Assembly (NCBI RefSeq): GCF_006345805.1
Contig: NW_021834345.1
Span: 1 to 49,529, forward strand
Length of the DNA stretch: 49,529 nucleotides
Source of the DNA: Octopus sinensis
Taxonomy: Eukaryota
Direction: 5' to 3'
Shown: in pieces, positions 10,903-22,902 of the stretch
How the letters are laid out: each line of letters starts with the position of its first letter
Numbering within the stretch: the stretch's first letter is position 1
Notes under the pieces: model-generated
What the model was told of the DNA's origin: nothing
The model's input: the letters and a program-made list of their open reading frames with translations, nothing else
Database searches by the model: none
Program-made: the position numbers and the translations under genes

Positions 10903-11240
10903 CTAGCAGAGATACCTGGCCTTGCTGGGATTAAAATGGCATAGTTGTTTCATTGTTTTACTTGTTTCAGTCATGTGACTAGAGCCATGCTGGTGCACCG
11001 CCGTTGGTTGAACTAATTGACCACATGATTTATTCTTTGTAAGCCTAGTCTTTATTCTATCAGTGTCTTTTACTGAACAGTTAAGTTATGGGATTGTAAA
11101 CACAGCAACATTGGCTGTCAAGCAATAGTAGGGGTACAAACACAGGCACGCGCGCGCACACAAATATACACATATATACGACAATCTTCTTTCAGTTTCT
11201 GTGTACAAAATCCACTTAGAAGGCTTTGGTTGGTCTGAGG

Positions 11241-11282
<42 letters not shown>
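10903..11282 (-). mobile_element. Chimeric headless SINE-A + Helitron-type 3' end, copy 2 (inverted relative to copy 1)
   Basis: Reverse complement reads (TA)n atagcctcagaccaaccaaagcctt...gactgaaacaagtaaaacaa...gccattttaatcccagcaaggccaggtatctctgCTAG|T. Confidence 0.6.
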
Positions 11283-11284
<2 letters not shown>

Positions 11285-11285
<1 letters not shown>

Positions 11286-11446
11286 GATTATCGGTAAGTT
11301 GTCATTATAGTACTTGGAGTTTCGAATGTTGGAGCGAAGAGTTACGATGCATTCTCAATGGCTATTAATGGCAAGAGAATGCACTGTAGCTCTTCGCTCC
11401 GACATTCGAAACTCCGAGTACTATAATGACAACTTACTGATTGTCC
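11285..11446. repeat. Long hairpin / palindromic MITE-like element: 72-bp arms, 18-nt loop
   Basis: 11285-11356 versus 11375-11446: 8 substitutions, no indels. Confidence 0.9.
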
Positions 11447-11516
11447 TAACTTATACATATATAAGCAAGCCTCTATTTACCTAATATCAATGTCTCATTC
11501 TTTTGTTATCACTTTT

Positions 11517-11519
<3 letters not shown>

Positions 11520-11560
<41 letters not shown>

Positions 11561-11602
11561 TCACTCACTCACTCACTCACACACACACACACACACACAC
11601 AT
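11520..11602 (+). repeat. (CA)n/(CACT)n compound microsatellite
   Basis: Directly visible. Confidence 0.95.
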
Positions 11603-12142
11603 ATGTATATATAAGAAATTAAAAAAGGAAAATACACACACTGCATAATTTTAATACAATTTTTAATATATCGACCGGTTTTGCTTTCGCTATTCATGAT
11701 ATTAAGGTTTACTTATTTGAATAAGTATTTTCTTAAGAAATTTTTGTCCAACTTGTGTGTGATGATATTTACAAGTGAATGACTTCACAAGTAAAAAAAT
11801 AAGGGGAGATAATTGGTTATCGTTATTATTGTTATTGTTGTGGGCAAGAGAGATAACTGTTCAGCTAGAGGAACATATATATATATATATATATATATAT
11901 ACTCACACACAAAAGTTACGAAAAAACTTGTATATATATGTGTATGTATATATGTATATATATGTGCGTGTTTGTGTGTGTCTATGAAAGAAGGTTTGAA
12001 AATGCAATTTTAAAGATGTTTATTCACTTGACCGGTTTCATTTTTTTAGAAAAAAATTGTCAAAAGTAAAATGTAAAGCTTTGTATAAGCTTTGTTGTGT
12101 TAAGTACTAGTTGTCAGAAAAGTATTAAAATACATGTACATA

Positions 12143-12542
12143 GGCGCAGGAGTGGCTGTGTGGTAAGTAGCTTGCTAACCAACCACATGGTTCCGGGTTC
12201 AGTCCCGCTGCGTGGCATCTTGGGCAAGTGTCTTCTGCTATAGCCCCGGGCCGACCAATGCCTTGTGAGTGGATTTGGTAGACGGAAACTGAAAGAAGCC
12301 TGTCGTATATATGTATATATATAAATATGTGTGTGTGTGTATGTGTTTGTGTGTGTGTTTGTCCCCCTAGCATTGCTTGACAACCGATGCTGGTGTGTTT
12401 ACGTCCCCGTCACTTAGCGGTTCGGCAAAAGAGACCAATAGAATAAGTACTGGGCTTACAAAGAATAAGTCCCGGGGTCGATTTGCTCGACTAAAGGCGG
12501 TGCTCCAGCATGGCCGCAGTCAAATGACTGAAACAAGTAAAA
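12143..12542 (+). mobile_element. Full-length tRNA-derived SINE (family A) with internal microsatellite
   Basis: ggcgcaggagtggctgtgtggt (A box), ggttcagtccc (B box), central TA/TG microsatellite and gactgaaacaagtaaaa tail. Several related copies occur in the window. Confidence 0.95.
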
Positions 12543-13005
12543 AATATATATTCTTTATATATGTATAATTCTTTGATATATATATTCTTTATGTATATAT
12601 ATATGTATATATATAAATATATAATATGTATGTATATATATGTGTATATATATGTATATATATATGTATATATATGTATATATGTATATATATATATATA
12701 TATGTGTATATATATTGTATAAATATATGTATACATATGTATATATATATATATATATATATAATAATAATAAATATTAGGAAATGAATCCAAAATTACA
12801 GGAAAAATCAGATTTAGGGTTAAATCCAATTTTATAGTAAAATATTATATAATATAATTCGAGACAAAACCACTTGTTTGGTTTTAAAATAGTGGTTTTG
12901 TCTCGAATTATATTATATATATATATATAGATATGTATATATATATATATGTATATATATATTATATGTAGGTGAGAAAGTTGGTGTGTGAAAGCACGTG
13001 GTTGA

Positions 13006-14845
13006 ATATATAGAAAATAGTAAAAAGTGAAAAAACTACAGAAGGCTTGTTTTAAAAGGTTAAAAAATATATATTTGAGTCATATCAGAGATGACTTAGA
13101 TATGTCAAACCACCTTCCAAAAAAAGCCAAGGAAGAAGCAATCATGGTTTCATTTGATGTAGTTAACTTATATACCAGTATACCTCATAATTATGGACTA
13201 GAGGCAACACAGTTCTGGCTGGACCAATTTCCGGAAGACATACCAAAAAGGATCAATAAAGAATTCATTACTAAATCAATTGAATTCATCCTACATAATA
13301 ACCACTTCATGTTTGACAATACATTTTACCATCAAAAATCCGGAATTGCTATGGGTACAAGGGCAGCACCAGTCATTGCGAACCTAACAATGGGCTACCT
13401 GGAAATAATCATTTACCAGGATTCTTTATCAATCTTTGGAAACCCCCTCTCTCAATACATAAAAGAGAATTGGAAACGATTCCTGGACAATTGTTTTATA
13501 CTCTGGAATGAAAACACAGATAAACCCCTAAAATTCAAAAACCTATTGAACAGCATAAACCCAAATATACAGTTCACAATGGAATACAACCAAAAGGCGC
13601 TCCCGTTCTTGGATATACTAATTTAAAAAATTAACCTTAAAATAGAAACAGACATTTTTTACAAAGCCACAGACGCCAAACAATACCTACTTTTTGATTC
13701 ATGCCACCCAAGACACACTAAAACAAACATCCCCTTCAACCTTACAAGAAGGATATGCACAATAGTGTCAGAACAAAATACCAGGAACTTTAGACTGCAA
13801 GAACTCAAAAACACCCTAATTGACAGACATTACCCAGCTCAACTCATAGAGGATGGGATCAGACGTGCAACAGAAATCAACATAGAAACTTTGAGAAAAG
13901 TTCAACACAACAACACACCTTCCCCGAAAATACTACCTTACATATCCACATACAACCCCAGAAACAAAGAAGCCTTCACCATCATCACCCAGAATTTACC
14001 AATACTTCATAAGGACCCCAAATTATAGGAAATTCTAAACATACACCAAATCATTAAAAGCTACAAACAACCTAAATCACTTAAAAAGATTCTCACAAAG
14101 GCAAAATTGTTTTCTGAAATTACGGATGCAAAGTAAAAAAAATGTGGTAGATCGAACTGTGCAACATGTCCAAACCTGCTAGAAGGATCAGAATTCCTCT
14201 TCAAAGAGGGACAGAAATTCAAGATCAAATCTAATTTTACTTGTGCCTCTGAAAACATAATTTATGTCATAAGATGCTCGGGCTGCCACCAAGACTACGT
14301 GGGGTCCACGGGACTATCACTCAGACGTAGATGCACACTGCATCGGCAACAGATTGCATTCCCAGAATACAGAATGATACCCTTTAGTGAGCACATTGAG
14401 AAATGCGCAAAGCAACTACTACCACAATTTTTAATCTTTCCATTTTACCAATGTGCTATCGGAACACCAACACAAATTAGACTAAACAAGGAAACATTCT
14501 TCATTGAAAAATACAAGCCCAAACTTAACCATTCCAACATTCTTATACAGAGAAACTCACCCCCCAAAAAAGGCAAGAGATATTAAGCGATTATCTCCCT
14601 TACACCGGAAGAAATCACTTATTACCTCCCCTTATCTGGAACTCTACTTCACACTTCTCAACGAAAACATAACGATGTAAGAAATTTGAAAAGCTGAACG
14701 CGAAACCGGTCATTTCTTCAAAAACTATGTCATTGTATGAAACAAATTTATAACATTCTTCTGACATAATGACTCAAATATATATTTTTTAACCTTTTAA
14801 AACAAGCCTTCTGTAGTTTTTTTCCCTTTTTACTATTTTCTATAT
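13006..14845 (+). mobile_element. Penelope-like element (5'-truncated RT + GIY-YIG) with inverted terminal pLTR segment
   Basis: SFDVVNLYTSIP, GIAMGT, RFLDN (decayed YxDD), PFLDILI, SCHPRH, CGRSNCATC, NIIYVIRCSGCHQDYVGST. 13006-13083 is the reverse complement of 14769-14845. Confidence 0.95.
14679..14718 (+). ncRNA. Decayed minimal type I hammerhead ribozyme in the PLE pLTR
   Basis: aagaaat TTGAAAA gc-tgaac-gc GAAA ccgg TC atttctt: 7-bp stem I, palindromic stem III, core with C3 and G8 substituted. Confidence 0.65.
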
Positions 14846-14910
14846 ATATATGTATATACACATATATCTATATATATGTATACACATATACATGTATATA
14901 TATATGTATA

Positions 14911-14957
<47 letters not shown>

Positions 14958-15123
14958 ATAATAATATTAGGGAATGAATCCAAAATTACAGGGAAAAATC
15001 AGATTTAGGGTTAAATCCAATTTTATAGTAAAATATTATATAATATAATTCGAGACAAAACCACTATTTTAAAACCAAACAAGGAAAGACTTAATCAATA
15101 CATAAAATTTTAATATAAATTAA

Positions 15124-15124
<1 letters not shown>

Positions 15125-15159
<35 letters not shown>

Positions 15160-15203
15160 GTATGTATATATATATGTATATATGTATATTATATATATAT
15201 ATG

Positions 15204-15254
<51 letters not shown>

Positions 15255-15277
15255 GTATATATATATGTATATATATA

Positions 15278-15322
<45 letters not shown>

Positions 15323-15365
15323 TATGTATATATATATATATATATATGTATATTATATATGTATA

Positions 15366-15414
<49 letters not shown>

Positions 15415-15470
15415 ATGTATATATAGGTATGTGTATGTATATGTATATATTTATGTATATGCATGTATAT
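15125..15470 (+). repeat. Long imperfect (TA)n/(TATG) microsatellite
   Basis: Directly visible; source of the YIYI ORFs. Confidence 0.95.
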
Positions 15471-15692
15471 GTATATTAGGTTATGAGCGTTAATGTTGTC
15501 AATAAGACCCAAAGGTGTCAGGTAATGCTGAGTAAGTGCTATAGATAGACCGTAGTTAAGTTCCGGGTTTGGTGATTATATGAATAAGGAGTCTAACGTA
15601 AGTCATATATCAGTATATGTTTACATAAAAAAATTTTTTGTGAATGATATAAAAAACCTAGGCTGTGAAGACTTTAGAGCATTTATAAATAG

Positions 15693-15740
15693 GTCTTACA
15701 GCTGTTTCCAGGATATTTATTATATCCCTTCATCGGAGAC
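15693..15740 (-). ncRNA. Minimal type I hammerhead-like motif (U4C core variant)
   Basis: Minus strand: gtct CCGATGA a-gggatat-aataa-atatcct-g GAAA cagctg TA agac. Confidence 0.65.
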
Positions 15741-15894
15741 GGTGTGAAGAAATGGTTAAGCAATATTTAATTTAGATTAGATACGAAATAAAGAGTGAAG
15801 TGGATGAATGAAAACAGATGTGAGATATGCGGGGATATTGCATTTGTAGATCCATTATTTAGGCAGAATGGAATACATATATGATTCCAATAAA

Positions 15895-17471
15895 CATGTA
15901 TATATAATGTATATATACAAAGTATATATATCTGTATTTATGTATATTAACCTTTTTAATACTTTTTGATAGTTATATATATATTTTTTTAAAATTATAA
16001 ATATAAATTAATAATTTTAATTCTAAATTTAAATTTGAATAATTTAAATTTTTCAATTTTATATTTTATATATTTTCTATATTATATTTTTATTTTTATG
16101 TTTTGGTTTATGTTTTTCACTGTTTGATTTGCCTATTAGTGGTTTTATCTCTAATTTAATTTATACATATATATATATAATTTGTATACATTTGTATATA
16201 TAATGCGTGCACACACACACAAACACATATACATATATGTTTATGTTTGTTTTATGTTTTCCAGTTTCAGCTCTTGAGCTGTGGCCATGCTGGGGCACCG
16301 CCATTATATATATATAATTATATATATATATGTATAATGTGTACATTATGTGGTCGGTTGAGCTGAAAATATGCACACCTATGTTAAAAGTGCTGACAAG
16401 TTTGCATGACAACTATTTTTTTTCTCAAATGAAAGGCGTGACCTCTAGGACAACATTCCTCATCTTATAAAATGTGGCTCCAGTAGACCCGAATGAAATT
16501 GGATTATATTAACCAAAATGTGAAAAGGAGTCTAAATGGGGCTGGAAGGGGATTAAAATTTAAAGGAGCGGGTGTTTAGGAATTCTCTGTTACATCAAGC
16601 TAAGAAATTTGTGCCAGCCTTTTAATCGTCAATGTGTTGCCGTCCATGATGAAGAAGTTTTGAATGCTTGCCATGGTGAGTCTACTGTCGTGAGAAAGAA
16701 TCACTTCAAAACTTGGTGTTTAGGAATTTACTTTTACAAGTTCAAAATTTTACGCCAGCCGTTAAACTGTCAATACGTTGCTGTCCGTCGTTAAGAAATG
16801 CCAGCCATGGTGACTCTACTATCCTCAGATTCTATCCCTTCAAACTTTGGTTTCCAATATTTTATTATTTATTATTTTTATTCAGCTCGCAAGTTCGTCT
16901 GTCCCTTTTAAATGTTAGTGTTTTGCTGTCTGCTTTGAAGCAGACCTTTCCGTTGTCACTGCCTGATATTTATGATTGATCTTTCAAAATATTTTACTTT
17001 CTCAATTTACTCAAGATCTTTTGTTGTTTATAAATGGGAGAGAGATAGATAAAGATAGAGAGTAAGAGAAAGCGAGGAATAGTCCGAGAGAAAAGAAAAG
17101 TAAGAGAGTGGGAAAGTGAGAGAGAAAGGAGAGAGAAACAAAGAGAGATAATCATTATCATCATCATCATCATCATCGTTTAACGTCCGTTTTCCGTGCT
17201 AGCACGGGTTGGACAGTGTGACCGGGGTCTGGGAAGCCAGGGGGCTGCACCAGGCTCCGGTTTGATCTGGCAGTGTTTCTACAGGTGGATGCCCTTCCTA
17301 ACGCCAACCACTCTGTGAGTGTAGTGGGTGCTTTTTTCGTGCCGCTGGCACAGGTGCCAGAGGGTCTGGTAGCGGCCACGATCGGTTGGTGCTTTTTACG
17401 TGCTGAAAGGAAGCAATAGAAAGTAACAACCACACTCTTACCCGCGCGTAGAGCGGGTCACATTAAGCTAG
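15895..17471 (+). mobile_element. Non-autonomous Helitron, copy 1 (5' end missing, carries insertions)
   Basis: Colinear with 18020-18935. Ends with hairpin acccgc-gcgtaga-gcgggt, 9 nt, then CTAG (17468-17471). Confidence 0.8.
17151..17404 (-). mobile_element. RTE LINE 3' end inserted in Helitron copy 1
   Basis: (CAT)n tail and gtttaacgtccgttttcc...ggatgcccttcctaacgccaaccactc, shared with the 22903 RTE. Absent from Helitron copy 2. Confidence 0.8.
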
Positions 17472-17976
17472 TCTCTATATTATAAATTTGAAATGCGAAA
17501 AGTTTGTTTGTTTGTTTGTCTGGTTTTGGCATTGGGAACGAGTTAAAGGTCACTAGATCCCGTCGGATTGACTCCAAAATTTACAGGGACATGTAAAATG
17601 AGGTGAGGATGTTAGTGGGCTAGGTTAGAAATCACCATCTTAAAAGGTGTCGTTGCTAGGGCCAAAAACTCACTTTGACAAGTCTACTCTCATTCTTTTA
17701 TGTATCTGTCTTCCTCCGTCACTCATTCTCTTTCCTCCCTTCCCATCACTTTCTATATATAACGTTGTTTCACGGCGTCTATCTCCCTTACCTTCACTTT
17801 CTCTTTATGACGTCGTGTCACGGCGTCCTCAATCTCCCCTCCTCCCCGCCTTCGACAGCGCTTTCACACACTCTTTCTCTACGTCTGTCTGCATTCATAG
17901 AGAGAATTATCATCGCCACCACCACCACACAATCATGAGAACAAATATTATGAATCAGATATTTATTGGGTTAATT

Positions 17977-18007
<31 letters not shown>

Positions 18008-18935
18008 TCTATATATAAATATGTATATATAATGTATATATACAAAGTGTATATATCTGTATTTATTTATATTAACCTTTTTAATACTTTTTGATAGTTA
18101 TATATATTTTTAAAAAATTATAAATATAAATTAATAATTTTAATTTTAAATTTAAATAATTTAAATTTTTAAATTTTATATATTTTGTACATTATATTTT
18201 TATTTTTATATTTTGGTCTATGTTTTTCACTGTTTAATTTGCCTAATAGTGGTTTTATCTCTAATTTAATTTATATATATATAATGCGTACACACACACA
18301 CACACATATAGATATATAATGCGTTTGCGCTAGCCTTTAAATCGTTAATTTGTTGTTGTCAATGATGAAGAAGTTTTGAATGCTTGCCATGGTGAGTCTA
18401 CTGTCGTGAGAAAGAATCACTTCAAAACTTGGCGTTTAGGAATTTTCTTTTACAAGTTCAAAATTTTACACTAGCCGTTAAACTGCCAATACGTTGCTGT
18501 CCGTCGTTAAGAAATGCCAGCCATGGTGACTCTACTATCCTCAGATTCTATCCCTTCAAACTTTGGTTTCCAATATTTATTTTTATTTTTATTCAGCTCG
18601 CAAGTTCGTCTGTCCCTTTTAAATGTTAGTGCTTTGCTGTCTGCTATAAGCAGACCTTTCCGTTGTCACTGCCTGATATTTATGATTGATCTTTCAAAAT
18701 ATTTTACTTTCTCAACTTACTCAAGATCTTTTGTTGTTTATAAATGGGAGAGAGATAGATAGAGAAAGATAGAGAGTAAGAGAAAGCGAGGGAGAGTCCG
18801 AGAGAAAGGAAGAGTAAGAGAGTGGGAAAGTGAGAGAGAAATGAGAGAGAAACAAAGAGGGAGAATGTGGTGATAAAAAATAGAAAGTAAGACCCACAGT
18901 CTTACCCGCGCGTAGAGCGGGTCACCTTAAGCTAG
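17472..18935 (+). mobile_element. Non-autonomous Helitron, copy 2, complete termini
   Basis: 5' TCTCTATATTATAAAT... at 17472. 3' hairpin 18904-18922, CTAG 18932-18935, followed by T. Confidence 0.85.
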
Positions 18936-18974
<39 letters not shown>

Positions 18975-18975
<1 letters not shown>

Positions 18976-19160
18976 ATGTTGATTTTTTCTCTCCTTGATT
19001 CTCTCCGTGTTTCTTTTCTGTGTATCTTTCTGTTGAAGAGCGTAGGCTCGAAACGTAAAAGACTTGTTTTATTTATATTCCTGAGCGCCATACTAATACA
19101 ATTGTTTGTTTGTATTCCACCTGCCTTCGTCTTTTGTTTATTTTCATAAAGCTTCCCGTT
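18975..19160 (+). mobile_element. Short interspersed repeat with HHR-like motif, copy 2
   Basis: tcttt CTGTTGAA gagc-gtag-gctc GAAA cg TA aaaga at 19025-19062. Confidence 0.65.
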
Positions 19161-19189
19161 ATATATATATATATATGTCAGTAAATTTG

Positions 19190-21267
19190 GGGTTTGTATT
19201 AACCGCACGTGAAGAAATGATAGGAAAGGAAAAATATTAAGGCAGAATGCTAAACTGAAAGCTAATTTTAATATACATGGGTGTAAGAAAAATTAAAAAA
19301 GGAAATCAAACCAGCTTTCATTGCAAGGCAAATTTTCAAGATGAGGAGGGGAGTGTTTTTAAAATGAGGAAGGGGAAAAACAATTTATAATGTATTTTCA
19401 AAAAAATAATAGTAAATATATACAAATATTTATAAATAAGTATACCAATACATTATAGTTTCTTTATGCTTTTTAAGTTCAATATTATTCCATGGAAAAA
19501 CTTCTTTGGGGGATTAGGATGCATGTGTTTTGGTGTAGTGTTTTGTTTGAGAATGTTGGATGTTTATGTGTCAAAACAGGCAATGGGGTAGGATTTATCC
19601 AGTTCCTGTGAATAAGGAGAGACAATTCTGTGGATTTTATACCCTTTAATTTGAAAGCTGGATTTTTTGTCAAATAGGATGCTTATATCTATTTTTTTGT
19701 CACATAGGATGCTAGAAAAAGGAATATGGTCACCGTGGAGTTTGCATATTAAGAAGTGTTTGGAATTTTTCAATAAAAAGTTTCTCCTTGTTGATTCTTT
19801 CTTGTGTAGAGATTCTGTCTTTACATTGATAGAAAGGGAATATATGAAATTTTGGATTTTTATTTCTAGCGCAAGAGTCTATGTGGCTACCGAGTGGAAT
19901 TTGACGGTATTGTGGGAGATTTATCTGTTCTTTATTGACTGCTACTCTTCTGCGTAAAGGAAGGCTCATCTGTCTGATACAATTGTGTTGGCAACCTGCG
20001 CATGTAAGAACGTAAATGAGGTTCTCGGAGGAACAAGAGAAGTTGGACTTTATTTAAAACTTTGTTCCTTATTTTAAAGTAAATTCAGAGCCTTCAAGTA
20101 GGAAGGGGCAGGTACCACAGTTAGGGTGTGCACATTTTTTAACTGATGAGGGTGGATGTGGTGTGTGAAGTTTGGCATTTGTTAAGAGTTTTTTCAATGA
20201 TTTATGTTGCCTTTTGCATTTAAGGATTTTATGTGTATTGATAATATTCATTTTCGGGTCCGTGGACAGTAAAGGGAGGTTTTGTATGATTGTAGTGTAT
20301 GCTTCGATGTTTTTGGGGTTGTGGGTTGAAATGTATGGTTTTCAGTGTTATTGTCGAGTTCCTTCGCATGTTTTATTCCATAGCCTATGAGTGTGGAGGG
20401 ATATTAGTGTTGTAATAGGTTTTTTTAGGTCTTGAAGGCGTATTTCTCGAGTGGTTGAGTCCGAAACAATGGTGCAAATCCTTTTAGCTAAGTTGAAGGG
20501 GATATTTATCTTGGTGTGTTTTGGGTGGCATGAACTGAAGATGAGGTATTGTTGTGAGTCTGTAGGTTTGTGGTAGATGTCGGTTGTGATTTTTGTTGTT
20601 AGGTGTTTTTATAATTAGGAGATCAAGAAAAGGGAGATGATGTTTGCTGAATTCCATAGTGAATTGAATGTGGGATGTTTGTTGTTAAGTGTGATTTTGA
20701 ATTCCAGAAGTTTTTTATAAGATTCTTTCCATATGATGAAACAATCATCTAGGTATCTTTTCCAATTTTCCATTAAGTAGATGTGGAAAAGGTGTCCAAA
20801 TTTCTGGCGTGATATCTCATAAAGTGATAGTTTAAAGAAGCCCATTATGAGGTTCGCATGGACTGGTGCAGCTTTGGTACCCATTGCGATTCCACATTTT
20901 TGGCGGTAGTGGGTATTTTCGAAGAGGAAGTAATTGTTTGTCAGAATGAACTTGAGTGATTCCATAATGAAGGTCTTGTGAATGTAGTTAGGAAATGCTT
21001 CTGGGTGTTTCTCCAGCCAGAAATCAATTACCTCAATACCATATTCATGTGGGATGTTGGTATAGAGGTTCATAACAATCAAAGGAAACCAAGAATGCCC
21101 CCTCGTTGGTTGTTTTCGGGAGGTGCTTGAGCATGTCAAGATCATTTCTAATGAAACTTTTGATGTAACTGAGAAAAGATTTCAAAAGGATTTCCAGGAA
21201 ATTGCTCAAGCGGTGTGTTTCACAGGAGACGCCAGCTATGATGGTCTTGCATTTGAAATTAGTGATG
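19190..21267 (-). mobile_element. Penelope-like element, decayed RT + GIY-YIG
   Basis: [63 protein letters not shown]. Many frameshifts. Confidence 0.9.
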
Positions 21268-22902
21268 TATGTATACATACATACATATATATACACACAC
21301 ATATATACATATATATATGTATATATGTGTGTATGTATACATATGTATATGTATATATATATGTATATATATATGTATGTATACATATGTATATATATAT
21401 ATATATATATGTATAGATATATATGCATGTATACATCTGTATATATATATGTATTTATATATAAATGTACATGTACATCTACTGTCATGGAAAAATTGTA
21501 AATGTAAAAATGCAGAATTATTGGAGTAATGGGCATTCAAAAAAGTATGCATGTATAGAAATGTATGAATAAAATCTTTAATGTTTAAGATTCAAATTAA
21601 AGAAGTGCATAATAATAATGTTTAGCAGTTCAAAACCATGAGTAGTAAAATGCAGAATTAGGTCGGCTGATCGTGAGAATCAAATATTGATCGATTCGCT
21701 AAAATTAGCAAGTGGTATGGGTTATTTCCCTTGGGTTGCTTAAATAAAATATTAGTAATATTTAGTAGATAGAAGGATACATTGGAAGGGCCATATTAAC
21801 CATTTTTTTAATAATCTAAATATGTCACGAGGTTTCCAGACATGAGTTCTACCCACGTGTCAAGTTTGATCAAAATCAATAAAACGATGTTGGAGGAGTT
21901 AGCTAACAATTCCACAAACAAACACACCGATTTTCCACTTATGTAATATATATATATATATATATATATATACATTTAATGTAGGATAATTTTTTTTTTT
22001 CGAAAAAAATTTTATCAATGGCCAGCATATAAAAAAAATACCATTAAAGGTTAAAATTATAAATAAAGGCAAAAAAGTTATATATATATATATATATGTA
22101 CAGTGACCGGAAGTAACTTGCATGGACACCGGAAATACATCTGCCATCACCAGAGAAAACAAAGCAACTACTCCCAGCGACTTGCCTGACCTTTCATTGG
22201 ACAAAAGCTACCTACCTGCCTACCTACTAACATCCTTCAACAAAGGAGTTTAATTATCATTACAGCTAAAATTCAGAAATATACTGCCAGAATATTCGCA
22301 TTGTAAAGCCTGATATGGTTTCACAGTGCTACAAAATATATTCTAAATCTACTTAGCATTTGAAGGAAACATGCTGCTAAAATCAACAGAAACGATGCCA
22401 CATTATAGAACTGCAACAGAAATTTACATCGTAATGCTGCTTAGTTTAATAATTTTCTGAAATCACTAAATCAAAATTCCCATTTGACTAATATTACTGC
22501 TATCAGATGAAAAATTAAGTTACAAAATTAAAAAGAACTTGAAGATCACCATCCTAGGTACTGAAAATAAAGTATTTCAGTAACAAAACCCTTAGTTTCG
22601 TTCATTAAACTAATTGAAATACAAATAAAATGTCTGAATGCTTTTATAATTCATTAAACAGGTATATGTTCAATTATAATCATGTAGTAACCAACAGAGC
22701 TAAAAGAAAAACTACCACTATAGTTCTGGACTAATGTGCCATGAAACTAACCAATATATACAGCTACATGTAAGTGGCATACAGTAAAGTTATGAAAATA
22801 CTCACATATAAATCCAGCAACTATAGTTAACAAGGCAATATTTTAGATTTATTTGACGAGCAAAAATTATGTATAATTATTATATATATATGTATGTATA
22901 TA

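Noticed and set aside
12143-12215. tRNA genes (also at 30225-30295 and 37161-37230)
   Set aside because: A/B boxes run into SINE bodies and no complete cloverleaf is evident; these are SINE heads.
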